Below are positions 1-10,340 of a stretch of DNA of 34,166 bases, piece by piece. Origin of the DNA: Octopus bimaculoides (lineage: Eukaryota); NCBI RefSeq assembly GCF_001194135.2, contig NC_069004.1:21834487-21868652 (forward strand). The letters run 5' to 3'. How positions within the stretch are numbered: the stretch's first letter is position 1; each line of letters opens with the position of its first letter. The notes below the pieces were generated by a model that was not told where the DNA came from, made no database searches, and saw nothing but the letters and a program-made list of their open reading frames with translations. A program made the translations under genes and the position numbers.

Positions 1-21
1 TATCGTTACTGTTGTTTGCAG

Positions 22-104
22 GAATTGGACGGAAGAAAAAGAAGAACAAAGTGGAGCAACTGAAAAGATGCAAAAAATCTTTCAATGCATTGTTGGAAGA
101 AGAG
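22..104 (+). CDS. ZNHIT1: ZNHIT1 (zf-HIT subunit of SRCAP/SWR1, Vps71/SWC6 family), internal coding exon; upstream exons lie outside the window
   Basis: tttgcag acceptor ending at 21 and GAG|gtaaga donor at 105. Translates xIGRKKKKNKVEQLKRCKKSFNALLEEE, matching the basic patch plus 'F.ALLEE' of ZNHIT1 as I recall the human protein. 83 nt, ends in phase 0. Confidence 0.9.
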
Positions 105-163
105 GTAAGAAGTCTTCTATTGTTTCTAGTTAACCCTTTCATTACTGACTTCTATTTCTGTCC

Positions 164-569
164 AAGCCACTATTAGGGGTAATTTTGAAAGGGGATAAAA
201 AATAAAAACATTTACCATCTATTTCCTGTACCATGGTTTCAAGCTATCTTCAGCAAATAAAATAATTTGCTAGGCGCAGCTATCATCAGCAGGAAAGCCA
301 AGATTAACATATAAATACGAGGCAATATTTGCTGCTGATAAAAAACTGCACTTGCGCAGTGGATTTATAAAATTATAACATGTAAGCACGAGGCATGTTC
401 TGTATTGCCTCGTATATATATGTTAATCTTGGCTTTCCTGCTGATGATTGGCGCAAACGCCTAGCAAATTATTTTATTTGCTGAAGATAGCTTGAAACCA
501 TGGTATAGGAAATAAATGGTAAATGTTTTTATTTTCATTCCCTTTCAAAATTACCCCTAACAGTGGTTT
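164..569. mobile_element. Fold-back MITE-like element: ~165 bp inverted arms with a ~75 nt loop
   Basis: 164-327 is nearly the reverse complement of 403-569. Outer TTAACCC (130) and GGGTTAG (~593) suggest it may extend into a piggyBac-like TTAA element. Confidence 0.75.
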
Positions 570-680
570 AGATTTTAACTACTTCTTCTAGTGGGTTAGA
601 TGCCCTATTATGGCCATTTCTTATGTGTTTAAATGTACACTGTATTTATATGGATGATATATATATTATGTATTTATATG

Positions 681-685
<5 letters not shown>

Positions 686-721
<36 letters not shown>
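686..721. repeat. (TA)n microsatellite
   Basis: Direct reading. Confidence 0.95.
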
Positions 722-724
<3 letters not shown>

Positions 725-749
725 TCGTCATCATCGTGATGACTTGCGA

Positions 750-1322
750 CTGTGACCTTCGACTGTGACCTTTGACTGTGACCGTGAGAAGACCCGGCAA
801 GCCAAGTGAGACCAAAATCCAAGGCCTCTGCCAGGGATGTAGCCAGCCCACTTACACGTAACATTCCTTCATTGGAAACTAAACTCTGCTTGCGAAGACA
901 TGGTGAGGCAAGTGAAATCGAAATGGAACTATATTTGTAGGCACACTAAACTCGGCTTGCGAAGACTTGTTGGGGCAAGCAAAAGCGAAATCGTGATGGC
1001 TCCTGTACCAGTGGAGCACTAAGAGCACTGTTCGAGCGCGATCGTTGCCAGTGCCGATGGACTGGCTCTTGTGCGGGTGGCACATAAAATACACCATTTC
1101 GAGTGTGGACGTCGCCAGTACCACCTAACTGGCACGTAAAAGCACCCACTACACTCTCAGAGTGGTTGGCGTTAGGAAGGGCATCCAGCTGTAGAAACTC
1201 TGTCAAATCAGATTGGAGTCTGGTGCAGCCATCTGGTTCACCAGTCCTCAGTCAAATCGTCCAACCCATACTAGCATGGAAAGCGGACGTTAAATGACGA
1301 CGATGATGATGATGATGATGAT
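750..1322 (+). mobile_element. 3' UTR/tail of an RTE-type LINE ending in (GAT)n
   Basis: Same tail (ggttggcgttaggaagggcatccagc...ccaacccat..gcatggaaagcggacgttaaa + gatgatgat) as the one following RTE ORF2 remnants at 15485-16783. Confidence 0.75.
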
Positions 1323-1478
1323 GTATACATATGTATATATATATGATACAAGAAGAATAACAACCCGTATATGAATATCTTTCTACTGCTTTATCAGTGA
1401 TTTATAAAAATATATTAAATTATTTACTGAAATTCATTTTGCCAGTTATCTATAATCTATGTTTTTCCTTTTCTCTAG

Positions 1479-1567
1479 CAACTGGCCATTAAAAAGACAC
1501 CAAATTACTTCTCTGCTGTGGTTCCACCATCAAAATTTCCAGAAAAGCATTTCTGTGCCATTTGTGG
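1479..1567 (+). CDS. ZNHIT1: ZNHIT1 coding exon (start of the zf-HIT domain)
   Basis: ttttccttttctctag acceptor, phase 0. Translates QLAIKKTPNYFSAVVPPSKFPEKHFCAICG. Ends at GG|ATATCCTTTT, a U12-type 5' splice site. Confidence 0.92.
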
Positions 1568-1607
1568 ATATCCTTTTACCTGCTGTGTTATTCTTTTAGC
1601 TTTGTCT

Positions 1608-1768
1608 TTTATTCCTTTCAGTCACTTAACTGTGTCTGGATTTTTTTTTAAGCTTAATACTTATTCTACTGGTCTCTTTTGCTGAACCACTAAGTTACAG
1701 CAACATAAACATACCAACACTAATTATCAAGCAGTGGTGGGGGACAAACACACACACACACACACACA
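1608..1768 (-). mobile_element. Truncated SINE beginning about 40 nt inside the U12 intron
   Basis: Similar to the copies at 11128-11324 and 11666-11875 (tttcagtca..., cttattct..., gctgaaccactaagttac..., ggacaaacac). Confidence 0.6.
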
Positions 1769-1809
1769 TTTGGTTAATGAGAGACAGAAGATGGAAGATA
1801 TGACAATCT

Positions 1810-1945
1810 TTATTAATCACTACAATTGTTTTGACACATCTAGCATTGATCCCTCATGGGTAGGATACTTAACTGGTTCAGGAGCATCTAACAGTACAGA
1901 TGTGTCTCTTTGGGTGATAAATAGACATAACTCGTTAAAATAACA
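1810..1945 (+). repeat. Unclassified dispersed repeat; second copy near 30190-30330
   Basis: Shared 'ttgttttgacacatc..gcat.gatccctcatgggt' and 'ctcgttaaa' blocks in the same order. Confidence 0.55.
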
Positions 1946-2707
1946 GTTCTGCAATGTATCTTCTCATTTTGTGTAAAGGAAAGCAGCAAATTAAAGGATA
2001 TATCTTTATTTATATAGAAGATCAATAATAAAATCACAGATACAAAAAAGAAACGAACATGCAATACAGTAATAAAAGTATTAAATATAACCATTAACAG
2101 ATATGGATGTATAAACACCCTTGTGCAGGTTGTATGGCGCCTGTACACGTGCTCATACAAGCATCCATAAAGATGTAAGCATAGACACACATGGTGTGGT
2201 GCACATATGTTCACATAGTTAGTTAAATAGCTACTTGGTGTTTATAAGAATGGGGAGATTAAACCTAAATTTAATTCATCTTTACCTTAAGGTGAATTAT
2301 GTCAACAGTTACTCAAATTCATTTCCACTGCATTGTGCAAAAGTGCATTTATATGCATGGAAGCATCTTGAGAATCCTTCAGAAATTGTATTAATGATTT
2401 TCTCATTGGTCCACGGAATAGACAGGGGTTCCTCAGAGCAGAGACAGTATCTCTTGGAAATGGTATTATATGGTATTGCATGCCTTACTATGAACCAAGT
2501 TATGTTATATTTAATTTTATCTTCCTTAAGTCATCACAAAATTTGCCAAAGATGTTGAATGTCTCTTATTGATTTTCTTGAAGCTGGTGGCATGGTTGCA
2601 ATATTGATTCTTAAATGAATCAGCCATTGCTCCAGTGTAAACATACAGCCCTCCCTTTGTGTGCACAGTACATTTGTGTACAAGATTTGTACTCATACAT
2701 ATATATT

Positions 2708-2834
2708 ATGACAGGCTTCTTTCAACCTGGGGCTATAGTAGGAGACACTTGCCCAAGGTTCAACACAGTGGGACTGAACCTAGAATCATATGGTTCAGAA
2801 GGAAGCTTCTTACGACACAGCCACGCCTGCACCT
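2708..2834 (-). mobile_element. tRNA-derived SINE, internally deleted
   Basis: gacaggcttctttca...ctatagtag.agacacttgcccaagg...cacagccac.cctgcacct; same family as 11351-11515, 26920-27073 and 28412-28583. Confidence 0.75.
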
Positions 2835-3405
2835 TATATAATCATTATTTAGTTATCCCTAACTATTACTCTTCCATTAACCCCATTCTCCTCAACAAAG
2901 TTCTTATTTTAGCTATGAAATATGCATAACTATTTGGGCGAGATATAGGTACCATATTAGTGGCTAGGGAAAGGATTATTGAATAAGAGATTAAATACTG
3001 GGCTGTGTAAAGTAGATCTAACAACTTTGATATAACTACGGGATCACATGACTCAGCACAAGTTACAGATCTAGCAGGTATTTACACATTACACTATCAA
3101 TAAGGAATTCCCAGAAATAGTAGGATAGTTTTTATAGGGAATACACTCTATTCACTCTCCATATATGGTAATGTATTATTGTAAAAAGATAAGAAGAAAA
3201 CTTGGAAAATTCTTTAAACATATAGGACTTTTTTATTTCTTTAGAGCTTGACTGTGAAGCAGTGAACTATCTGGACATAACATTGGACCTTGAACTTGGA
3301 GTTTGAGTTTATCATTTGCATGATGTCTGGTATATAAGTATATGATACACACACACACACATACATATGTATGTGTGTATGTATATATTTGTGTGTGTGT
3401 GTGTA

Positions 3406-3581
3406 TGTTGTAGGGAATTAGTAATAATAGTACACCCCTCTCATGTGGGGAATGGAATAACCTAGTCACTATAAGTAAAGAGAAGTACATGAAGTACCAG
3501 AGTATATAGTAGGCAGTCAGAGATAACGTGTCTTTACTGGTTTTACTAAGTTTACAGTATACCGAGGTGGGCATTATAACA
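3406..3581 (+). mobile_element. Candidate LTR (TGTTG...TATAACA), distantly similar to the LTRs at 21937 and 25696
   Basis: TG...CA ends; shares acacccct, gggga.tggaa, ctag and tataag blocks with those LTRs. No PBS follows it. Confidence 0.45.
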
Positions 3582-3678
3582 ATCCAATATTGTAAGGAAT
3601 GAGGATTTAAATAACTCACAAGGAATTAATAAACTCGACGAGTAAAGTTAATAGAAACTTGAAGAGGAGTTAATAAAT

Positions 3679-3894
3679 TCACAAAGTTGGTGTACGAATT
3701 TTACGAAAAATTTTAGAAGTATAGAAAATTGTCAGCAGGTGTTCTGAATGACCAGCAATTCCTGGTAGTGAATCTATAAAGTTGGTGAAAGTTCTAAACC
3801 AATGATTACAAGTCTTGTCAGCATTTGTGGAGTTTAGGTCGGCATTCAATCTGTCTGCTTTCAAGTATCTTTCCATATATGATATCCTTCCCAA
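3679..3894 (-). pseudogene. N-terminal gag-like fragment of a second LTR-retrotransposon family, antisense
   Basis: MERYLKADRLNADLNSTNADKTCNHWFRTFTNFIDSL resembles Gypsy gag N-termini ('MER.L.PERL..D.....A...W.HW..TF.NF') as I recall them. Confidence 0.5.
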
Positions 3895-4139
3895 TTCATA
3901 CTCATCTTTTCATTAATCTTGTTCTCTATAGATTATTCAACAACTTCTTCAAGATTTTGAAATTATCTTTTTTGATTGTTATGAATGACTAGTAATTCTT
4001 GGCTCAAAGAAACTAATTTCCAATCATAGTCCAAAACAATAAAGTATCATATAGTGCTGTCCGTGATATTTTCGATTAAACATATGTTATTCAAAATGGC
4101 CATTCTCTCTCCCTGATTATCAAATGTGCATGCCCTTTA

Positions 4140-6630
4140 TGTCAAAGGAAATCACTGAAATCTTAGCACAATTTATATAAAAGCAGGTGTGCTTGAGTTG
4201 CAGAAACAGCAACAACAGCAGAAATAACTGCAAGAGCAACAACAACAACAAATGATATTAAGCAACAAATGCTGCAATTACTGAAGTCATCAGGAAAGTC
4301 AGAAAAAGTGTTCTCGACAGACTACGCCACAAATTCCATAACAGAGTTCAAATATGAACCTGATGAAGGAGTTACCTTTGAGACATACTACAGAAAATAT
4401 GAGCAAATCTTCAATAAAGAATGTAAAGGTTGGGATGACAAGATGGAAACACGTTTGTGCTTAAGAAAACTGGTGGCAGCAGAACATGAGCATTACTCTC
4501 AAGAAAACCTGGCATAAACTTTAATGACAATAGATATATATATTGTGTAAAATTTTTAGTGAAAAAAGCTCATTGATCAACACATATTGGAAGTGTCTGA
4601 AAATAGAAAAACACAATGACAAAGACTACATTACATATGCTGGTAGAGTTAACAGGGAATGCAAGAAGTTTAAACTGGAGGAATTAACATCATAAATGCC
4701 TGATTTTTACACAGGGACTTACTGCCAAAAAGAACGCAGAAGTTAGAACTAGAACTCGCAAAGTTGAAACAAAACCAGGTTGTAACCCTACAACAAGTGT
4801 CTGAAGAATGTGAAAGAATAGTCAAATTAAGACAATACACAGAAGAAATTGAACATAAAGATTGTTTCCAAGTAAAGCAAGTGCAAAATAGTCAGAATAG
4901 AGACAAAGTGTTTTCTAAAAACACAACGAAAATCAGGAAATAAACCCATGTTTTGCAAGTGGCAATATACACCTGAGGAAAAATTGTCCATTTAAAAAAA
5001 GTGGAGTCCGTTCATTGTGGTAATATAGGACATATAAAGACGCACTGTAGAATAAAGATGGTAAAATGGCAGAACAAAGGAAAAAGAATAAATAGTATGT
5101 CATTGGAAGAAATTGGAAATATAACAATAAGAAAATTCGTAAAGGTGAAAATCAGAAATACAAGTGTTGAAATGCAATTGGACACTGGTAGTGACATCAC
5201 TATTATAAATGAAAAATACTTGGAAATATGTCAGTAAGTCAAAATTAAATTGTTAAAGGTAGCATATGGTGTTACAGGAAAAAGATTATATTTTTTCACT
5301 GAATTCATATGCAATGTAACATTTTGAGGTTAAACAAAAAAAGCAAAGATATATGTATTAAAATATTTACTTAATCTATTTGGCACAGAGTAGATGGAGC
5401 TATTCAAATTGTGGGATATATTTCTGTGGGGAAATATAGTTGGGTCAGTCAAAGGTTCAAATGAAGCCGAAGGACTGAAACAAAAAATTAAAAAATTATT
5501 TTCAGATGTTTTTTCGGAAGAACTGGGTTGTTGTACAAAAACAAAAGCTAAGATTGTTGTAAAACAAGATGCAACATCAGTTTTTAGACTAAAACAGAAT
5601 GTACCATTTGATCAGGTTAACAAAGAACTTGAAAGACTGGAAAGTCTTGATATAATTGTAAAGACAGACCACACAGACTGGGCAGCACCGACAGTTTACG
5701 TGAAAAAGAAGAATAACAAACTAAGAGTCTGTGCAGATTCTTCAACTGGGTTGAATGATTGTCTAGTTGCACATAACTACCCATTGCCCATTCTGGAGGA
5801 AGTGTTTGCAAAATTGAATGGAGGGAAATTCTTCTCTAACTTAAACCTCTCAGAGGCATATCTACAGATACAAGAAGAATGTGCTCATTTATTAACAATT
5901 AACACACGCCATGGCTTATTTAAATTTAAGCAGCTTCTCTTTGGTGTAAAAGTGGCTCCTGCCATATTTCAGTAAGTAATGGACGCAATGCTGAGTGATT
6001 GTGATTTCGCTATCATCTATCTAGACGATATTTTGATAAAGAGTGAAACGGAAGAAAAAAAAACATATGGAACATGTTAAGAGTATTTGAGAAAATAAGA
6101 AAATGCAGGTTCAAGTTAACAGAGGGAAAATGTCAGTTCTTGTTGAATAAAATCAAATACTTAGGACAAGTAATTGACAAAAACTGTAGAAAACTGGATG
6201 CATCAAGAGCAACAGCGATAAAGAATATGCCCACACCAAAAAATGTAACTATGCTGCAAGCATTCTTGAGTTTGGTAAACTATTACCAAATTTACATTCC
6301 AAACATACATAATGTAAGGGCCCCACTCAATGATCTGTTGAAAAAGAATACAGAATGGTGTTGGATGAATAAGTGCCAGAAGACATTCAAGGAATTGAAA
6401 AGTATTTTAACTTTGGACCTATTACTGACACATTTTGATCCAAAGTTGGATACTCTACTGGCTACAGATGCAAGCGAGTATGGTGCAGGAGCCATACTCC
6501 TGCACAAATACGACAATGGCAGTAAAAAAGCTATAGCTCATGTGTCAAGATCATTATTGCCAGCTGAAAAGAATTATAGTCGGATAGAAAAAGAAGCATT
6601 GGCAATCATATTTGGTGTCAAGAAGTTCCA
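4140..6630 (+). mobile_element. Decayed Ty3/Gypsy (K02A2.6-like) gag-pol remnant, 3' truncated after RNase H
   Basis: Q-rich gag start, CCHC knuckles (~4950-5050), protease LDTGS (5181), RT with YLDD (6018-6029), RNase H 'LATDASEYGAGAIL...AEKNYSRIEKEALAIIFGVKKFH'. Many stops and frameshifts. Confidence 0.92.
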
Positions 6631-6699
6631 TTCAGTAACAATAATAGATTTAAATTATCCTCGACAATTTTTAGTTTTACCAATTTTGAATATATCACT

Positions 6700-6965
6700 C
6701 CTGTTTAAAACTTCTTACCTACTTGACTGTTGCATTTCTAGCTTTGCCTTGAAGGAAGCTTTACTCCTTGGACTCATGTTTTTGTGCGCAACAATGTTAT
6801 TAAACCTCCGTTAACAACACCATATGCAGGTCCTTTCCATTTTCTTACACGCATGGATAAATTTTTTACTATAGACCTTAATGGTCGTAAAGACACTATA
6901 TCAGTGGATAGACTAGAAAAGGCCTTCATAGAGAAAACTGTCTCTGTTCCCACTGCAGACAACAC
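6700..6965 (+). pseudogene. Integrase C-terminal (GPY/F-like) fragment of a different Gypsy lineage
   Basis: RNNVIKPPLTTPYAGPFHFLTRMDKFFTIDLNGRKDTISVDRLEKAF matches the 'PL..PY.GPF.V......F.I..NG..D.VS.DRLK.A' pattern. Confidence 0.7.
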
Positions 6966-7004
6966 ACACAGCCAGCACACCCACCTTCACATTTCATGAC
7001 TACA

Positions 7005-7200
7005 ATTGGGATTGATCAGGTACCGGACAAGGATTCTGGATTATTTTTCCAGTTTTTTTACTTAAATGTTGAGAGTAGTCCAGTTCGTTTTTAGTATTCT
7101 TGTTTGTGAGAGCAGTCGAGTTTATTTCAGATATTCTCATTTTAAAAATCATCTCTGGCTAATCGTTGAGGTTTGCACTCTCTGAGTGCTCTTGCTGTTG
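7005..7200 (-). repeat. Unclassified interspersed repeat fragment ending about 55 nt before the U12 branch point
   Basis: Minus strand gagcactcagagagtgcaaacctc...gagaatatctgaaataaactcgactgctctc...tccagaatccttgtccggtacc, recalled as a common octopus repeat; not verified. Confidence 0.4.
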
Positions 7201-7271
7201 TTGTTGTTATTATTATTATTATGTGTCAATCATTTACATATGTATCACTCAAGCACCTTAACAGTTATAAC

Positions 7272-7352
7272 ATTTCCATCTAATTATAAGTGTGTATCTT
7301 GTGGTGCACGCTACTGTTGTACAAAGTGTCTTGGAACACATCAAGATACACG
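7272..7352 (+). CDS. ZNHIT1: ZNHIT1 coding exon (rest of the zf-HIT domain)
   Basis: Translates (G)FPSNYKCVSCGARYCCTKCLGTHQDT(R), a typical zf-HIT Cys/His pattern. Donor CG|gtgagt at 7353. This frame is not in the supplied ORF track. Confidence 0.93.
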
Positions 7353-7431
7353 GTGAGTTTCAGCATTTTACTTTCTTATTTCTGTATTCCTCTCTCTTTC
7401 GTTATATACGTGTTTATGTGTGTGTTCATTC

Positions 7432-8330
7432 ACCATCATCATCATCGTTTAACATCCACTTTCCATGGACAGTTTGACAGGAACTGGCCAGGCAGAAGAC
7501 TGCACAGACTTCTGTGTCTGTTTTGGCATGGTTTTAATGGCTGGATGCCCTTCCTAACACCACCCATCTTGCAGAGTGGACCGAGTGCTTTTTCTGTGGC
7601 ACCAGCCCAGGCTTATATGTCCACCAGACTGATAAGTGATTAGGTGTCTGGCTGGTTTTCTGAAGTTAGTGTTGCAGATCATGAGATCTTTTGCATCACA
7701 GAATTCCAGTAGCCTTGTTCCCTCCTCATTCCTAGGACCAAAGCCAATACCATCATACACACCATAGGATCCATGAGAATGCTGCCCCATGTGTCCATTA
7801 AAATCACCAGCCACAATAACATCTCTGTCATTTCTTGTTGAGGTAGCATGCAGAAGGACCTCGTAAAATTGGTCCTCAGCCAACTCAGACTGTGGAGCAT
7901 AGGCAGAAATAAATGTAACTCTTAATTTATCTATGACGAGTCTCAGCTTGATAGCCCTATTACATACTCTGACTACCTCAATTACCTTATCTACCCACTT
8001 TTCTGCTAAGAGTATGCCTACCCACTGCATTATTTCTGCCTACAGAAGAATTTGAACCTTTGTTTCTTACCTGCGAGAAATCTAGCAGAGGCTCCCATCC
8101 ATCTTCTTACATACCACGCGCACTAACATGGCAATGCTCCAGCATTTCAATAATCTCACCTGACCCTCCTTTCATTGTGCCAACATTGATGATAGCAGCC
8201 CTAAAACTGTATACTTGGGAGTGACAGTTGCTGTGGAACATTTGTCAGCACCTGAAAAGAAGATCAGTGCAAATGCTCAGATCTATGCTACTTGCCAGGT
8301 AGCATAGAACTTTGGTACTTCCTCAATCCC
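7432..8330 (-). mobile_element. Internally deleted RTE-type LINE: apurinic endonuclease domain fused directly to the 3' tail
   Basis: EN motifs 'INVGTMKG', 'VGILLAEKW', 'ISAYAPQ', 'VAGDFNGH', 'EEGTRLLEFC', 'ITYQSGGH', then an abrupt switch (~7603) to the (GAT)n-ending tail. No RT domain. Confidence 0.85.
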
Positions 8331-8462
8331 ATACAACATCCAGATTAAGGGCTAATGAGGATAGAAGTAAAGAGGTCATGAAAGTAGGGCATGCAGGTTG
8401 ACCAGGAAGAAAGGTGGGGTGGCCACATAACATGGTATAAATTTTATGCTTATATATATATT

Positions 8463-8892
8463 TAAGACCTGTCAAGCCAAGTGAAATTGTAGTCGTCTCC
8501 AATGCTGGTGTCATGTAACTGGCACTTGTGTGGGTGGCACGTATAAAGCACTTTTCGAGCATTAGGCCTCATAGAGGCAAAGTAGCCAATGCCGGTGGCA
8601 CATGAAAAGCACCTTTCGAGTGTTAGGCCTCATGGAGGCAATGACAAATGACTGAAACCTTTGGCATTATGCCATGCTTGACAAGAAAACCTATCAAGCC
8701 AAGTAAAATTGCAATCATGGCAGATACTGGTGTCACGCAAATGGCACCTGTGCCGGTGGAATATAAAAGCACTCTTGGAGTGATTGGCATTAGGAAGGTC
8801 ATCCAGCCATAGAAACCATGCCAAATCAGACTGGAGTCTGGTGCAGCCTTCCAGCTTGTCAGCCCTGGTCAAACTGGTTAAATGATGATGAT
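8463..8892 (+). mobile_element. RTE-type LINE 3' tail with internal modular subrepeats
   Basis: Same family as 750-1322 and 16280-16783; ends aaatgatgatgat. Confidence 0.75.
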
Positions 8893-8899
8893 ATGTATG

Positions 8900-8919
8900 T
8901 ACACGTTACACACACACAC

Positions 8920-8974
<55 letters not shown>

Positions 8975-8988
8975 CACACACATATACA
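8900..8988. repeat. Compound (CA)/(TACA)/(TA) microsatellite
   Basis: Direct reading. Confidence 0.9.
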
Positions 8989-9818
8989 GTCCACGTAAAT
9001 GCACACTTAGATGTGTATAAGTAGCTAAGGAAGCAAGCCATGTATGTTTAGATTAAAATGGTGGAGGTGGTGGTTTGTAATGGGTTTGTGAAAATTGACT
9101 GTGCTCAGAGCCTACACAAAAAAATAATAATAGTTCCTAATTATTATTTGCTAAACAGACTTACAATAAATTGTAATATTTAATTATTATTAATACAATA
9201 TTTATACACATGTACAGCATATTTATTGTATAAACATATAAGCAATGAGGAGGATCACTAAACTACATGGTCTTAGCAAGTGGGATGTTGATGGGAGAGA
9301 GGAAATTTAAGGTATAGATCGAGTTACATTTGAATAAAATAAGAACTTAGCTGTTGTTTTGTGAACAGGCTATAGGCCAAAGTGAATGATAATAACAAAC
9401 TATTCTTCAAATAGTTAAAATACTGTCATGGGTTAGGTGAATACTAATTCATCTTTCCATCATTTTACTAAATCGTCTTCCCATCATCTTTGAGGCCTCT
9501 GAGTAGTCTTTTCCAATCTCTTGGATACCTCTCTGCAACTTTGTGTTTTCACCTGTTGTCTGACAATAGAGAGTTAGGGGAGTCTTCAGTCTTGCTAAGG
9601 GTAACCTCTCTAGTGCTGGGTGGGTGGGTGAAAATCTAATTGAGTACTATGTATACATCTAAGACTATGGCAGCTGAAGGTGATCAAAGAGTAAACCAAT
9701 CAAAATGAAGAGGTGTAAATATTTGTAAAATATACATTCTAAAGATGAAGTTAATTAAAAGTTTGATGGGAAATTATTATTGAACTTGTAATTTAATTTT
9801 ATTTTCTTACTCATTTAG

Positions 9819-9840
9819 ATGCCTAAAATATACTGCATGA
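9819..9840 (+). CDS. ZNHIT1: ZNHIT1 last coding exon
   Basis: attttcttactcatttag acceptor, phase compatible. Translates (R)CLKYTA* (human ends RCLKWTV*); stop TGA at 9838-9840. Confidence 0.88.
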
Positions 9841-9981
9841 TGAGCTGATGATGAAGTTCAGAAGGAGCCATATTTAAAGGTGTCATTTGAAGCCACTGGA
9901 GTAAAATGTAACAGAATATGACCAACAGATACACAGTCCATTCCATTTGCCTGCACACATCAGATGAAGAAAAAAAAGAGG

Positions 9982-10195
9982 AATAAACAACAGAATTGGT
10001 GATTTTTATTACAAGCTACTTTTGCTGTTTTAAATGTGATGAAAATATCAGGCAAAACAGCAAAATATAACATTGTTGCTGTTTCATACTAAACTCAATT
10101 AGTGATGAGGAAGTGATGAGAAACAGTTTTTTAATCTAAAGTTGGAATCTATCTGACATTGTAAATAACAGCTTTCTTTTTTGTTTTTCAATAAA
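9982..10195 (+). terminator. Candidate ZNHIT1 polyadenylation signals
   Basis: AATAAA at 9982-9987 and 10190-10195 downstream of the stop; motif only. Confidence 0.35.
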
Positions 10196-10243
10196 CCAAA
10201 TAATCTTAAAAGATTCTCAATGACTTCAGTACTTGATGTTATT

Positions 10244-10340
10244 TTAACCCTTTAGCATTCAGATTATCCTGTCAAATGTAATGCTTATTTATTCATATTG
10301 TTTGGAATTAGTCATGCATTACCTTGTAACTTAGAGTTAT
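10244..10340. mobile_element. End fragment of a TTAA-CCC (piggyBac-like) MITE between the two genes
   Basis: ttaaccctttagcattcagatta...gtcaaatgtaatgc; only one end is recognisable. Confidence 0.35.

Larger units (their letters stand above)
1568..7271 (+). other. ZNHIT1: U12-type (minor spliceosome) AT-AC intron of ZNHIT1, 5704 nt
   Basis: 5' end ATATCCTTTT (1568-1577). Branch-point CCTTAAC at 7256-7262, nine nt before the terminal AC ends (7270-7271). Splicing AT..AC restores the frame CAICG|FPSNYKC. Confidence 0.93.

Noticed and set aside
745-786. Three ~13 bp tandem units (gactgtgacc) as a CRISPR-like array
   Set aside because: No unique spacers, eukaryotic context, and part of the LINE tail region. 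No CRISPR array was found in the window.
646-864. ORFs with IYIYIY runs (also 8818-9041)
   Set aside because: Translations of (TA)n microsatellites.
5394-6814. Domesticated Gypsy-derived gene
   Set aside because: The ORFs are broken by stops and frameshifts, including around the RT catalytic region, which fits neutral decay.
7290-7643. ORFs 7290-7643 and 7292-7477
   Set aside because: Both are out of frame with the real ZNHIT1 exon and run into intron and LINE-tail sequence.
9838-9930. Stop read-through or selenocysteine after ZNHIT1 TGA TGA
   Set aside because: There are two consecutive stops at the position where the human protein ends, and no SECIS-like structure was recognised.
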